This document shows positions 24,500-38,163 of a DNA stretch of 64,000 nt, one piece after another. A program made the translations under genes and the position numbers. Under the pieces are notes generated by a model. That model was not told the DNA's origin and made no database searches. It saw only the letters and a list, made by a program, of their open reading frames with translations. Position 1 is the stretch's first letter, and each line of letters opens with the position of its first letter. This DNA comes from Malacoraja senta (Eukaryota), in assembly GCA_038087875.1 (NCBI GenBank), contig CM075991.1:2666001-2730000 (forward strand). Reading direction: 5' to 3'.

Positions 24500-26994
24500 G
24501 TAGGTTCATGGCAACATCCCTCTTGCTTATAGCAGAACTGTTCTGAGAATAACGGTAACATGGTGTCTCTCTGATTGAAACAGGCACCACAGTCTATTAG
24601 GGTTGCATGTAACTTGTGAGGCTCCATTGCCACATAGCTCAGAGCAGAGTCTCCTCAGCTTCCCTTCACTTCATGGTTAACACCTCGAGTTGTCCATAGA
24701 AAGGGAAAGCAGTAAGATAGACACAAAATGCTGGAGTAACTCAGCGGGACTGGCAGCGAAGAAATGGAGAGAAGAAATGGGTCGAGACCCGAAACGTCAC
24801 CTATTCCTTCGCTCCATAGATGCTGCCTCACCCGCTGAGTTTCTCCAGCATTTTTGTCTACCTTCAACCTATGTTTAATCATTTTAATTCAGGTGTAAAA
24901 GACAGAGGAATGAAGCTGAGCTAAGGTGAGAATGTGGAACGAGAAAGAGTATAGCATTAACCCAATTATTTCAAAGAAAAGAAAATTGGGCAGTTTGCAT
25001 AACCGGCAAGTCATTTGCTGACACACATTTTTCCCATTTTCGACATTGTGTTTCACCTCCAAAGATCTCCAAATGAGTTAAACAAAATGAAGAAGATGAG
25101 GCTCCGGAATCCAACATTGCTCAGTAAAGTCAGAATGAGAATGGAAGTGATTGGTCAACAGTAAATTCAAGCTAATGATAGGAATGAGCTGAAAGAAATA
25201 TACGTATACTTTGCACTTGGACGTATTTTCCCAGAGACTAGGATCCAACGTATTTAGTTTAGATACAGCGCAGCCCATCGAGTCCCCGCCGACACGTGAT
25301 CCCCGTACACTCGCACTACCCTGCACAAATGGGACAATTTACACATTATCAATAAAGCCAATTAACCTACAAGCCTGAGGTAGACAAAAATGCTGGAGAA
25401 ACTCAGTGGGTGAGGCAGCATCTATGGAGCAAAGGAAATAGGCAACATTTTTCGAGTTGAAACCCTTCTTCTGGCCCGAAACTTTGCCTATTTCCTTCGC
25501 TCCATAGATGCTGCCTCACCCGCTGAGTTTCTCCAGTATTTTTGTCCACCTTCGATTTTCCAGCATCTGCAGTTCCTTCTTGAACATTTAACCTACAAGC
25601 CTGTACGTCTTTGGAATGTGGGAGGAAACCGGAGTTCCCGGAGCGAACCCACAGGGTCAAGGTGAGACCATACAAATACTGTATAGATGGCACCTGTAGT
25701 CAGGATCGAACCCGGATCACTGGTGCTAAGGCAGTAACTCTACCTCTGTGACTCCGTGCCGCAGTATAAACAAAATTGATATAAATAAAACTGAAAATGT
25801 TACAGGCCTATTGAGAGGCCGGTGGAGCTGCTGCCTCGCAGCGCCAGAGATCTGCGTTCAATCCTGACCTCAGGTGCTGTCTGTGTGGAGTTTGCACATT
25901 CTCCCTGTGACCACGTGGGTTTCCACCAGGTGCTCCGGTCTCCTCCCACATCCCAAAGACTTACGGGTTGCAGGTTAATTGACCTCTGTAAGTTGGCCCC
26001 TAGTATGCAGGGAGTGGATGAGAAAATGAGATAACATACTGTAGAACTAGTGTGAATGGGTGATCGATGGTCGTCGTGGACTTGGTGGGCCGAAGAGAAT
26101 GTTTCCATGCTGTATGCCTAAGCTAAACTAAACTTAGAAATGGAGGATCGTAGAAACAAGGAATTGCAGATAGTCAACATCTAGGAACTAACTTGAACCA
26201 GTAGGTATGCATGTAAATGTAGGTATCCAAGTTCTCCAGGGATGCTGGCTGACCCACTGAGTTACTCCAGTACTTGATGTCTTTCTAAGAAATGGGGTTG
26301 GGGGAAGGGTAGTAATAATACTCAAAGAAAAGCTCTCTTTCGAAAGCTAGAATAGTCTCAAACAGGTCAAACAGACTCCCTCCGAGCTGATCAATCCTAT
26401 ATCTGCTTACGAAGGAACTGCAGATGCTGGAAAATCAAAGGTAGACAAAAATGCTGGAGAAACTCAGCGGGTGAGGCAGCATCTATGGAGCGAAGGAATA
26501 GGTGACGTTTCGGGTCGAGTCTGAAGAAGTGTCTATCTCGTCTATCTCTGGAATTCTCTGCCACAGAAGGTAGTTGAGGCCAGTTCATTGGCTATATTTA
26601 AGAGTGAGTTAGATGTGGCCCTTGTGGCTAAAGGGATCAGGGGGTATGGAGAGAAGGCAGGTACAGGATACTGAGTTGGATGATCAGCCATGATCATATT
26701 GCATGGCGGTGCAGGCTCGAAGGGCCGAATGGCCTACTCCTGCACCTATTTTCTATGTTTCTATGTGAGAGGATTAGAATTAGGCCATTCGGCCCATCAA
26801 GTCTCCTCCGCCGTTCAATCATGGCTGATCTATCTCTTCCTCCTAACCCCATTCTCCTTCCTTCTCTAAGACCTCTATTTTACTGCAATTATCTGCTTTA
26901 TATGGGGGCCAATATCTGACAGTGCTGTCTGTTCATGGGTTCATTCTATTGATGGACATAACAGACTCAAATCTTACTTTTATTCCCTTTACAG

Positions 26995-27078
26995 GCAAAC
27001 CTACGGAATCCTCAGATATTCCAACGGCGTCATATGGAGGGAATTATGATTATGGAATAGATGAAGATGCGGATGAAT
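26995..27078 (+). CDS. AEBP1: AEBP1-like exon 5 (84 nt, GKPTESSDIPTASYGGNYDYGIDEDADE)
   Basis: Acceptor ttttattccctttacag, open phase 1-1, weaker donor T|GTGTGT. Acidic Tyr-rich segment like the ACLP linker. Confidence 0.7.
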
Positions 27079-27327
27079 GTGTGTTTCCAACTTTTTATTC
27101 CCCTCTGCTGATCTACTCACTAGATAGCCATTCCCCCATGATGCTGATGTTGCATGCCAATGAATGAATTATCTCCAGCTATGTGGAAGGGGCTAAACAT
27201 AGGTCTAAGAAAATGAAAATGACAGGCAGAGCGTTTGCAAAACTGGTGAACATTATAGATTGACCATCAGCCAACACTGTTGTGCAAGTTCAAGAGAATC
27301 TCTGGGATGAGTCATTCATTCTTTAAG

Positions 27328-27732
27328 AGTTTCGAAGGATGAGAGGAGATCTCATTGAAACATATAAGATTGTTAAGGGTTTGGACACGCTAGAGGCAGG
27401 AAACATGTTCCCGATGTTGGGGGAGTCCAGAACCAGGGGCCACAGTTTAAGAATAAGGGGTAAGCCATTTACAATGGAGACGAGGAAACACTTTTTCTCA
27501 CAGAGAGTGGTGAGTCTGTGGAATTCTCTGCCTCAGAGGGCGGTGGAGGCAGGTTCTCTGGATGCTTTCAAGAGAGAGCTAGATAGGGCTCTTAAAAATA
27601 GCTAAGTCGGGATATGGGGAGAAGGCAGGAACGGGGTACTGATTAGGGATGATCAGCCATGATCACATTGAATGGCGGTGCTGGCTCGAAGGGCCAAATG
27701 GCCTACTCCTGCACCTATTGTCTATTGTCTAT
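27328..27732 (+). mobile_element. CR1 LINE 3' fragment
   Basis: MRGDLIETYKIVKGLD...FFSQRVVSLWNSLP, (CTATTGT)n tail. Confidence 0.92.
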
Positions 27733-29638
27733 AAGCCCCAATATCTTATATACCTGTTATTCCTCGACTGTTTGATTGTTTAATCAACCACAAGCAGTTT
27801 TACAAAGAAAGTTCATTGAATTGGATACTTTGTTGTGACGTGTGACAAGTCACAGTGAAATTCTTTGCTTGCTTCCCTTGCCAAGGAATGCAAACACTCA
27901 CTCACAGTTACAAATCCGATAGTCTGTGAACTTATGAAGAACCAAGCAGTTCATTCAACCTCCTAGATTGCAGGCAATCTGTTAAAGGATAGATGTTTTC
28001 TCATTCTGTTTATTGAGTGAATCACAGAAAGGCCAATGTTCACCCAGGCAACGTCTTAATTCCCTGGGAAATGTGGTTCATCAACATGTAAAAGACATTT
28101 GGACAGGAACATGGTTTAGAATGATACAGGGCAAATGCCAGTAAATGGGACCAGCTTAGACAGGGCGGCATGGACTAGTTGGGCTGAAGGGCCTTTTCCC
28201 ATGCTGTATGTATGACTGTCTGCAGCCACTCTGCTGAAATTTTTTTTTTTTACTTTTAAAATATAACAATTTTATTTCTATTTTATTTTGAAATATAAAT
28301 AATGCTCCCTGCCTTGCCGTAATGTTATCTCAAAGGTTTCAAAGGTCTTTTATTGTCACGTGTACCAATTAAGGTACAGTGTTATTCGAATTACCATACA
28401 GCCATACTGAAAAAAGCAACAAGACACACGGCAGTCACGGTGGTGCAGCGGTACAGTTGCTGCCTCACAGCGAATGTAGCGCCGGAGACCCAGGTTCGAT
28501 CCCGACTACGGGTGCTGTCTGTACGGAGTTTGTACGTTCTCCCCGTGGGAAGATCTCTGAGATCTTCAGTTTCCTCCCACACTCCAAAGACCGACAGGTT
28601 TGCAGGTTAATTGGCTTGGTAAATGTAAAAATTGTCTCTAGTGGGTGTAGGATAGTGTTAATGTCGGGCTTGCATGTCAGCGTGGACCCGGTGGGCTGAA
28701 AGGTCTAAACTAAACGACATAAAAGTGAACACAAACATCCCCACATTCCTCACTGTGATGGAAGCAATAAAGTCCAATCTTCTTCCTCCTTATTCTCCCA
28801 CGGTCGGGGCAGTCAAACCATCTGCAGTCGGGGCGATCGAAGCTCCCACAGCCGGCGGTCGAAGCTCCCACAGCCGGCGGTCGAAGCTCCTGCGTCGGGG
28901 TGATCAAAGCTCCCGCGTCGGAGCGGGCGGAACTCCTGCGGCCTGGAGATCCCGGTCGGCTTCTAACCAGAAACCGCGAGCTCCACGATGTTAAAGCCCG
29001 CAGACTCCCGCGGTTGGAGCTCCCGCGGTCAGTCTCCAGCAGAAGCCCCCAGCTCCTCGATGTTAGACTGCAGTGCGGACGGAGATACGATATGGAGAAA
29101 AATCACATCTCCGTCGTGGTAAGAGATTTTTAAAAAGTCCCCCCCCCCCCCCCCACCCCACACACACACATAAAACAAGCTAAAGAACACTAAAACATAC
29201 ATTTAACACATACTATAAGACAACAAAGAAGGAAGTGACAGACAGACTGTTGGCGAGGCAGCTTACCCGGCATCTCTAATTTAGGTGAGCAAAAAATAAG
29301 ATGATAGTGGAATAGTGGTGTTTCTAACATCTTTAGACAGGCACATGAATGTGGATGGGATGGAGGGATATGGATCACATGCAGGTAGAGGACATTAGGT
29401 TAATGACATCATGTTTGGCACAGACATTGTGGGCTGAAGGGCCTGTTCCTGTGCTGTACTGTGCAGCATTCCACAATAGGCAATAGACAATAGGTGCAGG
29501 AGTAGGCCATTTGGCCCTTCGTGCCAGCACCGCCATTCAATGTGATCACGGCTGATCCACCTTCTAAGGTCTGGAATTCACCATGCGAGGAAATTAGGTG
29601 CAGGAGTCATTCTTCCCAAGTTTTCCTCTTTGTTGCAG

Positions 29639-29752
29639 ATGGGTGGAGCCAGCCGGAGAGCAAACCAAAGAAAACCTCCGGCACAGCATTGGAGAAGGAA
29701 CTCGAGTTTGAGTTGGAGATTGAGGAAGTTGAGACAGATGAACATGGGGAAT
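29639..29752 (+). CDS. AEBP1: AEBP1-like exon 6 (114 nt, YGWSQPESKPKKTSGTALEKELEFELEIEEVETDEHGE)
   Basis: Acceptor ttttcctctttgttgcag, open phase 1-1, donor T|GTGAGT. Confidence 0.8.
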
Positions 29753-31270
29753 GTGAGTATTTGCCATTTTCCTTCACGGATGCTGCCTGACCCACTGAGT
29801 TTGTTTTTCGCTTGAGTGCAGCAGTGCTCTGTTAGTCTATCCGTTCTAATACTGCTTCACAAATGACAAATGGCAAATGTATCTCGTAACAACACCTTCA
29901 CACAGGGGATTCAAAACTGCCATGGATACACATGACCTGTTCATCTGACACTGTAATGCAGAAAACTACATTATTCTGCCCATTCTGATTTCCTTCCTGC
30001 CAGTCGCAGCTCAGAAATATAATACACTATCAAGAAACAGAGGGCATAGGTTTGAGGTGAGATGGGGCAAGATTTAATAGGAATCTGAGGGTGGTTGGTA
30101 TATGGAATGAGCTGCCAGTGGAGGTAGCTGAGGCAAACACAGTGGGATATGGGCCAATTGCAGGCAAATGGGAGATGGGGCATCTTGTTTGGTCGTCATC
30201 CAACATGTTGACAGAATTGGTCACCTGACGGGTCACAGCGTGCACCATTTCGTCGTTTCTGGGGATCGCCACGAGGAGGCTTCCGTCATGATCCCCTCCA
30301 TGCTGTATGACTCTATACTATGCAACTCAGATTTCATTCTGGTGCCTCTGGATCCAGCAGCTTCTCATCTGCAGTCAAGGAAGCAATGACTATTGGGTTT
30401 GTAAGGCCTGCCAACTCAGCCTAGACCAAGGGCTAACAAGCCACAAATCAGATGACTGGAATGATCCCACATGAACTCAGTTTGCATTCACGGCTCATAA
30501 ACCTCAACTTTTGAACGATATTACCAGTGTTGAAGCTAATCAGAATTCATACTGCCCAGCTACTATTAAAAACATATGAGAGTGTAAAGAAGGTGACATG
30601 GAATTAGACGCCTATTCAGAGTTACCCATTCTGAGTTTTTTTTCAATATTTACAATGTGACAACATATCATAACTTCCTTTAACTCTGTAATCTTTACTG
30701 GAACAAGGGCTTGCATGAGATTCAAGGAGATACAAGAAACTGCAGATGCTGATTTACAAAAAAAGACACAAAGTGATGGACTAACTCAACAGGTCAGGCA
30801 GCATCTCTGGAGAACATGGATAGGAACTGTCTGAGATACTCCAGCACTTTGTGTCTTTGCTTGCAAGAGATTGTTTACAGTCAGTGATTAAAAAACAATG
30901 AACCACAAAGGATATGACTAATGGTGGAGAATTAAATAAAAAAATAAGATTACTGGAAATACAAGGTCTGTTCAGCATTAAAAGAAGACAAAGTTATTGA
31001 AGTTGATACCTCACATCTTCAATGACCCAGGTTCAGTCCTGACATCATCCTCTACTGCCTATGTGGTTTGCACGTTCTACCATTCTCATCCATATCCATG
31101 TGCCTATCTAAAAGTATTTTAAAAAACACTATTGTGTCTGCTTCTACTATCAACTATGGGTTTTCATAGGCCTCTTGGTTTATTACCGCAACCTGAAGGC
31201 CCACCAGTTGGTGGGCTAATTGGCCATTTTAGACGAACTCCAGTGTGTTGGTGAGTGGAAGAGTCTAGGG

Positions 31271-31778
31271 CAGGGGTTGGCAACCTTTTCTGCCAAGGGG
31301 CCAGGACGTATGTCTGTGATGGGCCACACGTATCACATGTACACATGGATCCCGCCCCGGATGGCAGGCATTAAATCACGTGCTCACATAGATCCCGCCC
31401 CTTCAAGGATGCCACCCTGAGCACTGAGCTCAAATATCACACTCACTCGTCCCCGGCCCACTGACAACCCCGATCCCGACAGTGAAGCCCAGACACAGAA
31501 GGTGCGCGGCCGTGCTGGCGGCTTTGCGCAGGATGTGGTACAACCAAATCACCTTCCGGGTACCAGAGGTAGACAATAATGCTGGAGAAACTCACTCCAG
31601 CATTTTTTTCTACTTTTGATTTTTCCAGCATCTGCAGTTCTTTCTTAAACATTCCAGGTACCGGAGATGACGGAAGTCTGCGGGCCGGATGATTGAGGAA
31701 AAAAAAAACGCCTGCGGGCTGGATGATTTTGGGTTACGGGCCGGATTCAGCCCAGGGCCCATAGGTTGCCGACCACTG
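31271..31778. mobile_element. hAT-Charlie-type MITE containing a PLE-derived insert
   Basis: TIRs CAGGGGTTGGCAACC/GGTTGCCGACCACTG; TSD gtctaggg/ctctaggg. Confidence 0.85.
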
Positions 31779-33987
31779 CTCTAGGGTGTATGTGTTGCAG
31801 GGTACATTAGTGCGGGAAAGAGATTGTTCAAGAAAGAACTGTAGATGTTTGAAAAATCGAAGGTAGACAAAAATGCTGGAGAAACTCAGCGGGTGAGGCA
31901 GCATCTACGGAGCGAAGGAATAGGTGACATTTCGGGTCGAGACCCTTCTTCAGACTGAAGAAGAGATTGCTCTGTCAGACAGCATAGCTTTGATAAATCA
32001 CAATGACCTCCTGAGCAAAAAAACAAATTGCTGGCGGCACTCAACGAGTTAGACAGCATCTGTGGAAGGAATGGAAAGGTGATATTTTAGTCTGAAGAAG
32101 GGACTCAATCCAAAACGTTGTGGCCATTCCCTCCACAGATGCTACCTGACCCCTTGAGTTCTTCCAGCACTTTGTGTTTTGGTCAAAATTCCAGCATCTG
32201 CAGTCTTCTGAAATGATCTTCTATTTTGTAAGGAGATATAGTAGTTTTGCAGAACCCTTCAACAGCACTAAGAACCCCTATCCAGAAAGAATGATTTCCT
32301 TTTAGATGCTGAATATTCTGCTGTACTTTTCCAATGCGTTGGATTTCAGTTTTACACTCCAATGCTTCAGTTTTCTTCTGGTTAATTCACCCAATTATAA
32401 TTAAAATAGAGATGATTAAAGCTGAATGGAAGGTAATATGTAATAACGGAATGGCAGCAATATGTGGCAGCACTGAATGAAACTACAGTGTATCACCTTG
32501 GCCACTAATACAAAGGGTCCTTCTCTTCTGAGGCTGCCCACTCAGGATCAAAGATGACTCTAGCTTTGCAGTTTCATGAGGTGGCCCATGAATCATAGGT
32601 CTACACAACATGGAAACAGACCCATTGGACCAACCCATCCATCCCGCCCAAGTTGCTTAGGTCAAGCTAGTCCAACTTCCCTGCACCTGACCCATATCCC
32701 TCCAAACCTTTCCTTTCCATGTACCTGTCCGAGTGTCTTTTAAACCTCAATTATTTCATCTGGCACCTCATTCCGTGTATGCACCACCCTCTGTTTGAAG
32801 CAGGTGACCCTCAGCTACCCTTTAAATCCTTTCCCTCTCACCATGAACCGATCTCCACCTTTAAACTCACGTACACTGGGGAAAAGACAGTGGGTGTTAA
32901 TTCAAGACCATGGCTATTAAAGACTAATTTGTAACTTCCAGAATCGCCTACTAGAGTCATTGAGTGATACAGTGTGGAAACAGGCCCTTCGGCCCAACTT
33001 GCCCACACCGACCAACATGTCCCAGCTACATTAGTCCCACCTGCCTGCACTTGGTCCATATCCCTCCAAACCTGCCCTATCCATGTACCTGTCTAACTGT
33101 TTCTTAAAGGTTGAGATAGTCCCAGCCTCAACTATCTCATCTGGCAGCTTGTTCCATACACCCACCACCCTTTGTGTGAAAAAGTTACCCCTCAGATTCC
33201 TATTACATCTTTTCCCCTTCACCTTGATCCTGGTCCTCGATTCCCCTACTCTGGGCAAGAGACTCTGTGCATCTACCCGATCTATTCCTCTCATGATTCT
33301 GTACACGTCTAAGGGTGGTGAATCTGTGGAATTCATTGCCACAGACGGCTGTGGAGGCCAAGTCAATGGATATTGTTATGGTGGGGATTGATAGATTCTT
33401 GATCAGTACGGGTGTCAGGGGTTAGGGGAAGAAGGCAGGAGAATGTGGTTGAGAGGGGTATATAGATCAGCCATGATTGAATGGCAGAGTAGATGCGATG
33501 GGCCAAATGGCCTAATTCTGCTCCTAGAACTTATGCATCGAGTCTGCTCCGCCATTCGGTCATGGCTGATCTACTTTTCCATCTTGACCCTTGTCCTGCC
33601 ATAACGTTTGATGGCCTTACTAATTAAAAACCTATTAGTCACTGCTTTAAAAATACCCAATGACTTGGCCTCCACAGCCATCTGTGGCAATGTATTCCAC
33701 AGATTCACCATGCTCTAAAGAAATTCCTCCCCATCTCCATTCTAAAGGTACATCCTTTTATTCCGAGACTGTGCCTTCTGGTCCGAGACTCTCCCAACTA
33801 CTGGAAACATCCTCTCCATGTCCACTCTATCTAGGCCTGTCTAATAGTGCATTTTGTCTCCATCTATTAGAGGGTCTATTGTGGGATATCTGGTGTTCAG
33901 GCTGCTCGCCAGAGCTGATTGAGTGCAATTGGGGTGGGTGTCTAGAGATATTGAACTGCAGAGTATGATGAATTGTATGTTTTTCAG

Positions 33988-34068
33988 TGCAACCCAAAGA
34001 GCCCAAACCTGATGAGACGTATGACTACGGAGATATATGGGACGAGAACCCTTGGGATGGAGACACAT
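33988..34068 (+). CDS. AEBP1: AEBP1-like exon 7, repeat exon A (LQPKEPKPDETYDYGDIWDENPWDGDT)
   Basis: Acceptor tgtttttcag, 81 nt phase 1-1, donor T|GTAAGT; paralogous to exons 8 and 9. Confidence 0.8.
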
Positions 34069-34890
34069 GTAAGTATTTTTGTACAGTTTTATTGTTATGT
34101 TTTGTAACAATAGATGCACAGAGTCTCTTGCCCAGAGTGGGAGAATCAAGGACAAGAGGACATAGGTTTAAGGTGAAGGGGAAATGATGTAATAGGAATC
34201 TGATGGGTAACCTTTTCACACATAGGGTGGTGGGTGTATGGAACAAGCTGCCAGAGGAGGTAGTTGAGGCTGGGAGTATCCCAACATTTAAGAAACAGTT
34301 AGACAGGTACATGGATAGGACAGGTTTGGAGGTGAGCATTTTCTGTAAGAAGGCAACACTCCTGTTCCCTGTAATATCTACAGTGTACAGGATGGCTGTG
34401 CCAGTGAGGAAGTCCGGTTATGTTGCTGATGCAATAGGCTCTCCTAGCCCCCGGACCCCATGTTGGAGGATGCTTTGCTTCCACTCCAGTTCTGCAATGC
34501 AGAAGCCCCAGACTCTCCTACTGGTGGGACAAGCTTCCTGAAGGGACAGGCTGGTGGGTAGTTGATGGGCTCCATCAGCCATTGATGTTGGGCTTCTCCT
34601 TGTCCCTGATGAACTCATGGTACCATTCTGAACACCCGCTCTACACTTGTACTGTGGCTGGGGATTCCCAGGAGTGAATCCGAATGCTCAGGAGCTGGGC
34701 TTTATCCAACAAGGCTTTGAGAAGGTGACGGAATCTTTTTCTATCTGCTGCAGCAGGTTCAGGAATAGAGTGGGACTATATTTTGGGACTCTGGTGTGGG
34801 CTCAAAGCTGATTGAGTGTAATGAGGACATGGATCTGTGTGGGGAACGTTGGATCATGAGGTACTTTAAGATGCAACATATGTTTTTCAG

Positions 34891-34971
34891 TACAATCCAA
34901 CGAGACCAACCCTGATGAAACCTATGACTATGGAGACACATGGGAGGAAAAGCCTTGGGATGGTGAAACAT
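34891..34971 (+). CDS. AEBP1: AEBP1-like exon 8, repeat exon B (LQSNETNPDETYDYGDTWEEKPWDGET)
   Basis: Acceptor tgtttttcag, 81 nt phase 1-1, donor T|GTAGGT. Confidence 0.8.
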
Positions 34972-35362
34972 GTAGGTATTCTCTTCCTTGTGCTGTTACT
35001 TTTTGTGATAATAGTTTCTTGGTGTGATTCTGGAGTAGGCCGCATTAAACAGGTTGTTAAATGAGATTTAAATTATAATGCTTTGTTCCGGGTGTATTCT
35101 GATTAACCTCCACTAACAAGAAGGTTAAGGGCAGCATGTACATGGAAACATGTAGGTGTCACGCTCTTTTCTTACCTGGAAATACATCATCAGTGTATAA
35201 TCACTGTGAGTAATTCCTGGAACTCTCTCTCCAAAGGCAATGTGAGACCACCACAAGGAGCTTTGCAACAGGTCTAGACTGCCCAACACCTCCTGAAAGG
35301 TAGAGACAAAGAACTGTAGATGTTGACATACCAAAAGAGATACAAAGCACTGGACCAACTTA

Positions 35363-35897
35363 AGGGGCCGTCCCACTTGGGCGACCTAATCCGCGAGTTC
35401 TGGCGAGTTTGCCCTCATACTCGCAGCGTGGTTGACACGAGGTCGTAGGAGGTCTACGTAACTCTGCTTCATGCTCGAGAGTGGTCTCCGTGTACTCGAG
35501 GCCTCAGCTAGGTCGCGGCGTTTTTTTCAATATGTTAAAAAATGCCCGCGAGTAAAGAAAGGTCGCCATGGAAAAAACTATACTTTTTATACTCGTAGGT
35601 TTAATCGTAGTAGGTCGTAGTAGGTCGGCATGTTAGTCATAGGTAATCAAGGGTAGTCGAAGGTAGTCGTAGATAGTCTTCATCATAGTCGAAGGGAGGT
35701 CGAAGGGAGGACGAAGGAGATCAAAGGAGGTCGTCTTCACTCTCCACTATTCGGTGTCCAATTTTCCCGAAGTTAGTCATAGCTGGTCGTAGCTAGTCAA
35801 AGCTGGTCTTCAACATAGTCGAAGGAGGTCTTCAACATGTCATTTTTTCAAACTCTTCTAAACTTGCCAATTAGGTCGCCCAAGTGGGACAGCCCCT
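35363..35897. mobile_element. PIF/Harbinger-type MITE
   Basis: TIRs AGGGGCCGTCCCACTTGGGCGACCTAAT/ATTAGGTCGCCCAAGTGGGACAGCCCCT; flanks TTA/TCA. Confidence 0.85.
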
Positions 35898-37361
35898 TCA
35901 GCAGGCCAGGCAGCATCTCTGGAGAACATGGATAGGTGACGTTTCAGGCCGGGTCTGTTCTACAGCCTTCTTCAGTCTGAAGAATGGTCGCGAACCAAAA
36001 TAGTCACCTATCCATATTCCCCTGAGGTGCGGCTTGACCTACTGAGTTACTCCAGCACTTTGTGTCACAAAGGCAATGAAGGATAGGCGGTAAATGCTGG
36101 TATTTGCAGTGTTTATCCAGACCCTGAAAGATGAATAAATAATACAGGTGCCGTTACAGAGGTCAAAGGCAGCTCGCACTCAGTCTGTCTCTCGAGATGT
36201 GTTGTCATCTGCTTCCAACTGCAGCTGATGCTTATGGTCCAGAGGGGTTTCCATATCTGGAGGTGTATCAATGAGGCTTGTGTGTGGTCTGGAGCAGATG
36301 CTTTGTATGTGCTGCACTAATCATTCTGAATGCAGACGAAGATGGCACCATAACGTTCACTCTGATTCATTAGTGGGAAGAGTCAAGGGGCAAAGTGTTT
36401 TATTGTTGAAACACAACAATTTAATTCTTACTTGTAGCAGCATGACAGGTATGAAAACATAATACTTTGTAGATGCCACGATAAACAAAAAAAGATCGTC
36501 AATAAACTAAAACATAACAATATGGTGCTAAAAATCAGAAATAAAGCTTCAAGTCCCTCGTGCACCCCAAGCTTTTCATAGTTTGGTTTAACTGGAGTTC
36601 GTAGTGATCAACAGCCGAATGTTTGTTGGGAAGGAGCTGTTCCTGAACCCGGACGTTACAGTTTTCAGGCTCCTGTATCTTCTTCCCGATGACAGAAGTG
36701 AAATGAGAGTGTGGGTCCTTGCTGACGCTGGCTGCCTTTATGAGGCAGCGCCTCCTATAGATCGCATTGATGGTGGGAGTATAATACTTTAAACAATAAA
36801 ATATACTTCATGATGCGAGGCATTGCTGCAGTCAATGTACATTTTAATTCACTAGGGAACATGTTGGCCGATGTGGGCACGATGGGCCGAAGGGCCTGTT
36901 TCCACGCTGTCTTCTTCTCTCATGTCCATCTTCCATGTTTCCAATGTTAACATCGCTGTCATCGTCCGTCATGTAAAGGACGCAAGCTTCCGGCGACGAT
37001 CAGTGGAAGCCATCACTTGTTGCAATAGATGATGGTGGTGGCAGAATTAGCTCAGGATACTTCCAGTTTCCAGCCCCGCGACATGGACGCTTCTGCTATG
37101 GGGACTCCACGCTGTATCACGCTATGATATTAAAAAATAAGAACATTACAGCTGGTTTTATTGGAAACAGGGTGGAATGATATGGTGGCTATTGTCTTTA
37201 AGATGAAAATATACTGTAACGGTTCCATTCTCAACGTCAACATGCTGATCGGTGAACATCAGACAAAGTTGTATTGCGTGGGCTGCAACAATATACACCG
37301 AGTTTTGTGCTTCTAAGTCTACAGATAAAATCAGTAATGTCAAATGTTGTGTGTTTTTCAG

Positions 37362-37436
37362 CACTGCCGATAGAACCCAACCCTGATGAAACATATGACT
37401 ACGGAGATACTTGGGACGAAAAGCCTTGGAAAGAAT
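37362..37436 (+). CDS. AEBP1: AEBP1-like exon 9, repeat exon C (SLPIEPNPDETYDYGDTWDEKPWKE)
   Basis: Acceptor tgtttttcag, 75 nt phase 1-1, donor T|GTAGGT. Confidence 0.8.
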
Positions 37437-37865
37437 GTAGGTATTTGCAGGAGATGTGGGCACTCATTGACTCAGGCAGCATTTAATCCCCAGAATAGAG
37501 TTGCTTGTCTTGCCATGGCTAGGACTGAGAGTCTGGGTTCGTGTCTACATCAGACCAAGTATGAGCAGTAGAGTCCCTCGCCTGAAGGACATCAGTGAAA
37601 CAGATGGGTTGTGGTGACGTCAAGTCAAGTTGAGTTTATTTCACATGTACGGGTCCGATGATGTAATGCTTGCAGCATCATTACAGGCGCATACACTCTG
37701 ACAAGCACACAAAATATATAAACTATCTATAAATTAAACATAAAATGGCAGATACATTTCTGCAAGACAGCAACTTGAAAAAAAGACTATAAATAAAGAA
37801 CCGGGGCATTAGTGGAAAATAAACATGGGGCGGCACGGTGGCGCAGCGATAGAGTTACTGCCTTA

Positions 37866-38163
37866 AGGGCCTGTCCCACCAGCATGCGCATGCGTCTAGC
37901 GCGACCAAACGGAAGCGGAGTTCGCGCTAAGTACGCGCAAAGTTCGCGCGTGACGTAATTTAAGTCAAACTCACCAATCAGCTGGGCAGGAGGCGGGCCG
38001 ACTGAATTTGGACGTCGTACGGCGTCGGGCGGTGATGTCATCACGCGACGGTACAGCGGGCAGTGACGTCATCGTGCAACGCCACGCGCTAGGCGTACGC
38101 CGTCAAGACGCTGCGTACGACGTCAAGACGCTGCGTATGCCGTCAAGACGTGGGACAGGCTCT
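37866..38163. mobile_element. PIF/Harbinger-type MITE inside a SINE
   Basis: TIRs AGGGCCTGTCCCAC/GTGGGACAGGCTCT, TTA TSD. Confidence 0.85.

Noticed and set aside
24893..24925. 33-nt AG/GT-bounded candidate exon with a strong donor (AAG|GTGAGA)
   Set aside because: It has a TAA in the AEBP1 phase-1 frame and a weak pyrimidine tract. At most an unsupported poison exon.
28800..29060. Short regularly recurring repeats (cggtcgaagctccc), superficially CRISPR-like
   Set aside because: Tandem units inside a retroelement-derived repeat, with no unique spacers, no cas genes and a eukaryotic context.
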